DNA from: Nitrospinales bacterium
GTDB taxonomy: Bacteria > Nitrospinota > Nitrospinia > Nitrospinales > VA-1
NCBI GenBank assembly: GCA_965223345.1
Contig: CBDCWG010000012.1
Coordinates: 1,184,001 to 1,248,000 of the forward strand
Direction: 5' to 3'
DNA: 64,000 nucleotides
Below, one piece after another: positions 60,113 through 64,000 of this stretch (position 1 is its first letter; each line of letters starts with the position of its first letter). The notes beneath the pieces were generated by a model. That model searched no databases. It saw only the letters and a list, made by a program, of their open reading frames with translations, and was not told where the DNA came from. The translations under genes and the position numbers were made by a program.

Positions 60113-60685
60113 ATGCCGGTTTATGTGAGTGGCAACGGAATCCGACCCGGTTTCGTCATCAAATACAACAACAACCTGTACAAGGTGCTGTCCGCCGAAC
60201 ACCGGACCCCCGGCAACAAACGGGCGTTTCTGCAGGCCAAGCTGCGCAACCTCAAGGACGGCACGCAGCGGGATGTCAAATTCCGCGCCGACGAGGAGAT
60301 CGAGCGGGCGGTGCTCGAGCAGTCGGAGATGGAATACCTCTACAACGACCCCTCGGGCTACTGCTTCATGAATTGCGAAACCTACGAGCAGACTTTTTTT
60401 GACGAGAAATTCGTGGAGGACGCGAAAAAATTTCTGCTGCCGAACACCCGCGTGCAGATTGAATTCTGCGAAGGCGAACCCATCGGCGTCACGTTCCCCG
60501 AGACGGTGGAGCTGGAGGTGACCGACACCGAGCCGCCCATGAAAGGGGCCACCGCCTCCGGATCGGGAAAACCCGCGACACTGGAGACCGGGCTGGTGGT
60601 GACGGTGCCCCAGTTCATCCAGATCGGTGAAAAAGTTCGTGTTTCAACCACTTCCGGAGAATACCTGGAACGCGTGAAAAACTGA
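60113..60685 (+). CDS. efp: Elongation factor P
   Basis: IRPG, TPGNKRAFLQAKLRNL, EYLY, KPATLETG...VPQFI, and GEYLER motifs. Confidence 0.95.
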   Translation: MPVYVSGNGIRPGFVIKYNNNLYKVLSAEHRTPGNKRAFLQAKLRNLKDGTQRDVKFRADEEIERAVLEQSEMEYLYNDPSGYCFMNCETYEQTFFDEKFVEDAKKFLLPNTRVQIEFCEGEPIGVTFPETVELEVTDTEPPMKGATASGSGKPATLETGLVVTVPQFIQIGEKVRVSTTSGEYLERVKN

Positions 60686-60714
60686 TTCCCTTTTCCCTCC
60701 GCGTGCGGGAGGGA

Positions 60715-60780
60715 CTTCAACACCGGATTCCCATCCACGGGTTGCCGGCGATCCCCCCCTCGCCCCACCCGGTGTTGAAG
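60715..60780. repeat. 12-bp perfect inverted repeat downstream of efp
   Basis: CTTCAACACCGG (60715-60726) pairs with CCGGTGTTGAAG (60769-60780). Confidence 0.7.
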
Positions 60781-61005
60781 GTTTCTTGACCGCTGCCTTT
60801 TTCTGTATTATTTTCAAAAGAATTCGGCAGGTTTTCGTTTCTCGAAAATGCGATACCTGTGAAGCGATTGTTTTCAGACAGCATGCAGGGGCTGTGAAAG
60901 ACGGTTTGCAGCAACAGTCACCGTCATCGTGTGAATCCCAAACCGTGAAGGGCGCGAATTGCCGTTTGCGGTTTGAATGCGGGGATTTAGGGGCGTTCAT
61001 TTCAT

Positions 61006-61034
61006 TTGACATCGATATGGGATTTAACTATATT
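61006..61034 (+). promoter_or_regulatory. Strong sigma70-type promoter of the tol operon
   Basis: TTGACA-17 bp-TATATT. A second TTGACA lies at 61033. Confidence 0.7.
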
Positions 61035-61115
61035 GACAAATCGATAGTATTTGTTTGAATTCAAACCTTTACCGTTTAGAATCCCGCCCCTCCCAACCCA
61101 GCCAGAGGTTCTTTC

Positions 61116-61877
61116 GTGGAAAATACCATCAATGATCAACCATTGAGTGTCGTGGACCTTGTGGTCCAGTCCACTCCGATGGCCAAGGCGGTGCTTTTAT
61201 TGCTCCTCATTTTTTCGATCGTTTCCTGGGCTATCATTCTGAGCAAGTTTTTCGTCTTCCGGTCCGCGCGCAAAGAGGACGACCGGTTTCTGGCCAATTT
61301 TTCCAAATCCGAAAATCTGACCCACATCTACAATTTTTCCCGCGAGCTGCGCTACAGCCCCATCGCCCGGGTTTTCCTGACCGGATACCGGGAATTGTTC
61401 CTGTTCCAGGACATGGCCAAAAAGGAACGGGACCGCCGGGGCGAGTCCCCCTCCGCCCACGGTGAACCCCTGACGGGCAAGGATATCAAGGGGATCGGCC
61501 TGGTGCTCAACAAGGCCATCAACCGGGAAGTGATGCGGCTTTCCAAGCGGCTGGATTTTCTCGCCACAACCGGCAGCACGACGCCGTTCATCGGGCTGTT
61601 CGGAACCGTCTGGGGCATCATGCACTCGTTCCGCTCCATCGGCCTGCAGGGCACCGCCAGCATCGGCGGCGTCGCGCCCGGCATCGCCGAAGCCCTGATC
61701 GCCACCGCGGCGGGACTCATCGCGGCCATTCCTGCTGTCATCTTCTACAACTACCTGAGCGATAAGATCCGGCTGTTCACCAGTATGATGGACGATTTTT
61801 CCCACGATTTCGTTTACATGGTGGAGAAAAATTTCATGCGGGAACCTGAAAGAGCAAAGACGTTCGACTTTTCCTGA
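61116..61877 (+). CDS. tolQ: Tol-Pal protein TolQ
   Basis: FLATTGSTTPFIGLFGTVWGIM and VAPGIAEALIATAAGL motifs. Confidence 0.93.
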   Translation: MENTINDQPLSVVDLVVQSTPMAKAVLLLLLIFSIVSWAIILSKFFVFRSARKEDDRFLANFSKSENLTHIYNFSRELRYSPIARVFLTGYRELFLFQDMAKKERDRRGESPSAHGEPLTGKDIKGIGLVLNKAINREVMRLSKRLDFLATTGSTTPFIGLFGTVWGIMHSFRSIGLQGTASIGGVAPGIAEALIATAAGLIAAIPAVIFYNYLSDKIRLFTSMMDDFSHDFVYMVEKNFMREPERAKTFDFS

Positions 61878-61923
61878 TCCTTCAATATCCAAGGATCGTC
61901 ATCTTGTCTGAGAGAAAGGTTCG

Positions 61924-62325
61924 ATGTTAAATCGCCGGCGGCCCATGATGTCCGAAATCAACGTGACTCCCTTTGTGGATGTCATGCTCGTTCTGCTCGT
62001 CATTTTCATGATCACAGCACCTCTGATGCAGCATGGTGTGGATGTGCAACTGCCCAAGGAGAGCATCTCGCCCGTCGAAGTCAAGGACATCCCCACCGTT
62101 TCCCTGCAGAGCAATAAAAGGATATTCTGGAATCAGGATGAAGTGCCCAATCTTTTGGAGCTGACCCGCAACCTGGAAAAATATCTCACGAATAACAAGA
62201 TGGGGGATGTTTATCTCAATGCGGACAAGACTCTGGATTATGGATTCGTCATGGCGGTGATGGCGACAATGAAACGGGCGGGAGTCCAGAACATAGGAAT
62301 GGTGACCGACCCGACGGGCTCATGA
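61924..62325 (+). CDS. tolR: Tol-Pal protein TolR
   Basis: [24 protein letters not shown] motif. Confidence 0.92.
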   Translation: MLNRRRPMMSEINVTPFVDVMLVLLVIFMITAPLMQHGVDVQLPKESISPVEVKDIPTVSLQSNKRIFWNQDEVPNLLELTRNLEKYLTNNKMGDVYLNADKTLDYGFVMAVMATMKRAGVQNIGMVTDPTGS

Positions 62326-63701
62326 GGTTTCAGTTTACAAGATCGTGGGATTTCAACCAGATGCTTGTGGCTTCTGTGTTCGCCCACTTCATGTTCATGA
62401 CTCTGGTTCTTTTCATCCCGCAAACCGTGAAGCGGGAGATCGTCGTCAAGCCTGCGTTGATGGTGCAATTGGTGGAGCGGCCCACGGGCCAGAAAAAAAA
62501 GCCGCCCAAAAAGACCCAGCGTCCGGCTCCCAAAAAACGGCAGGCGGTCAAAAAGCCCAAACCCAAACCGCCGCCACCCCCGCCCGAACCGAAAGCGGCG
62601 GAACCCAAATTTCAGCCTAAAGTGGTGACTCCGATTACCGAATCCCTGAAATTCGACCCGTTGCCCGAAGCGTCGAAACAGCCCGACGCGTCGCAGAAGA
62701 TCGTCAATCAGCTGGATCAACTGGAAGGCAAAAAGCCGCCTGGCCTGATCGAAGAGCTGGACCAGCTTGCCAAGCTGGAAGCGCAGAAGCCGAAAAAGAA
62801 AAAAAAGACGGCCGTCAAACCCGTTCCTCTGGACAAGAACGAGGTGCGGGAAGCCGACGTGGCGCAGCCGAAAAAACTCGACCCGCTCGAGAAAGCCACG
62901 CTGCCGGCTCCGGATCCTCTCGATGATTTTGATAAGCTGAAGATGCAGAGCGACGTGGAGCCGCCCAAGCCGGTGCCTCCGGAGGAAAAAGAGGAAGTGG
63001 AACAGGAGACGGTGTCCTCCCTGAAGGAACTCGAATTCGCTGCGCTGGAGCGGCCGTCTCTGGACTATGAGAAAAAAGAGACTGAAAAATCGGCGGCGGA
63101 TCTTTTGAAAGAGCTGAACGAGCTGGAAACGCTGCGTCCGCAAACCTCGCAACCGTCTCCAACTCAGGATCCGAATCCGCAGGCTTCCCTGGACACCAGT
63201 GGGGACACCGGCGATTTCGAACTGATCCTGAAAAAACTCGATTCGCTCGAGGTCGGCAAAAAGGAAGTGCAGATCGATGTGGCCAATCAGAAGACTTTGG
63301 CCATGGAGTTTGAGAGCGACATCTGGAAAGTGCAGGTGCCAGAGGCCGAAACCCTGCCCACGCCTTCGGTCGCGGAAGGCGGCTCCATCGCGTCGGAAGG
63401 GGAGCCGGACCCGGATATCCTGGCGCAGTACATCGGTCTGGTGCGGCAGAAGGTCTACAAAAAATGGTACGAGCCTTTAGGAAGGAAGTACGATAATAAA
63501 GAAGTGGTGGTGCTGATGACCATCTACACCAAAGGCAACATCGATCGTCCCACGATCAGCAGCAGTTCCGGGGTGGACATCCTCGACACCTTGGCCGTTC
63601 GGGCGGTCATGGAGGCCGAGCCTTTCCCGGAGTTTCCCGAAGAGTTGAAATACCCGAACCTAAAAATCACAATCCACTTTAAATATGTTCCGGAACAATG
63701 A
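62322..63701 (+). CDS. tolA: TolA/TonB-family energy transducer
   Basis: N-terminal TM with SVFAH, a Pro/Lys-rich linker, and a TonB_C-like end (SSGVDILDTLAVRAV...PFP). It lies between tolR and tolB. Confidence 0.8.
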   Translation: MRFQFTRSWDFNQMLVASVFAHFMFMTLVLFIPQTVKREIVVKPALMVQLVERPTGQKKKPPKKTQRPAPKKRQAVKKPKPKPPPPPPEPKAAEPKFQPKVVTPITESLKFDPLPEASKQPDASQKIVNQLDQLEGKKPPGLIEELDQLAKLEAQKPKKKKKTAVKPVPLDKNEVREADVAQPKKLDPLEKATLPAPDPLDDFDKLKMQSDVEPPKPVPPEEKEEVEQETVSSLKELEFAALERPSLDYEKKETEKSAADLLKELNELETLRPQTSQPSPTQDPNPQASLDTSGDTGDFELILKKLDSLEVGKKEVQIDVANQKTLAMEFESDIWKVQVPEAETLPTPSVAEGGSIASEGEPDPDILAQYIGLVRQKVYKKWYEPLGRKYDNKEVVVLMTIYTKGNIDRPTISSSSGVDILDTLAVRAVMEAEPFPEFPEELKYPNLKITIHFKYVPEQ

Positions 63702-63705
63702 CCCT

Positions 63706-64000
63706 ATGATAAAAAAACTTTCGTTGGTGTTTTTGATTATCGTTTTGTGTTTTCCCGGTATGGCTGTTGCTGCGGATCCGAACATCCGTATCGATCTGGA
63801 GCGGGCGACCCGGCAGAAGGTCAACATTGCGGTGCCGAAGTTCATCCTGGAGCGGGATTACGAGGACAAGCTGGGGATCGGCAAAGAGGGGTGGAGCATC
63901 ATGGTGAACGATCTGAAGCTCTCCGAATTGTTCGTCGTTGTGGATCCTTCCTCCTACGACTCTCTGGAACGGGCCGAGCGGGCTAATCCCAAAGTTTCGT
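63706..64000 (+). CDS. tolB: TolB, 5' part (runs off the window end)
   Basis: Not in the ORF track; my translation is MIKKLSLVFLIIVLCFPGMAVAADPNIRIDLERATRQKVNIAVPKF...IMVNDLKLSELF. This is a TolB_N pattern in the expected position after tolQRA. Confidence 0.85.
   Translation, partial: MIKKLSLVFLIIVLCFPGMAVAADPNIRIDLERATRQKVNIAVPKFILERDYEDKLGIGKEGWSIMVNDLKLSELFVVVDPSSYDSLERAERANPKVS

Noticed and set aside
63747..63986. 79-aa + strand ORF
   Set aside because: It is an off-frame overlap of the truncated tolB.

Overview
A GC-rich bacterial chromosomal window, gene-dense, from a diderm organism. The evidence for that is heptosyltransferases, an outer-membrane barrel, Tol-Pal and many periplasmic c-type cytochromes. 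The gene repertoire recalls Nitrospinota/Nitrospirota-type chemolithotrophs, but that is my impression and is not shown by the sequence. 1-17.8 kb is an LPS/surface-glycan region: two divergent ArnT-like GT-C transferases, GT4/GT9/GT2 enzymes, methyltransferases and NDP-sugar enzymes, including a split CapF/WbjC. 17.9-50.6 kb is mixed housekeeping and metabolism: trxA, bioB, aroA, tandem-domain thyX, pntAB, msrP, cutA, priA, maf, PPIases, an orphan radical SAM/SPASM enzyme, wzx and neuB. 57.5-64 kb holds ettA, an EF-P with a non-canonical PGN tip, and tolQRAB. The most striking element is a co-directional cluster at about 51.1-57.5 kb. It encodes a secreted His-rich DUF1264-like protein, a monoheme cytochrome c, a CstB-type persulfide dioxygenase-rhodanese fusion, a Cyc2-like fused cytochrome-porin, and four tandem paralogous cytochromes c that share an extra Cys pair. 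An inverted-repeat operator candidate lies upstream. This is a candidate outer-membrane electron-transfer system coupled to sulfane-sulfur handling. No tRNA, rRNA, CRISPR array or transposase was recognised. Family assignments come from motif recognition by eye, not database searches.
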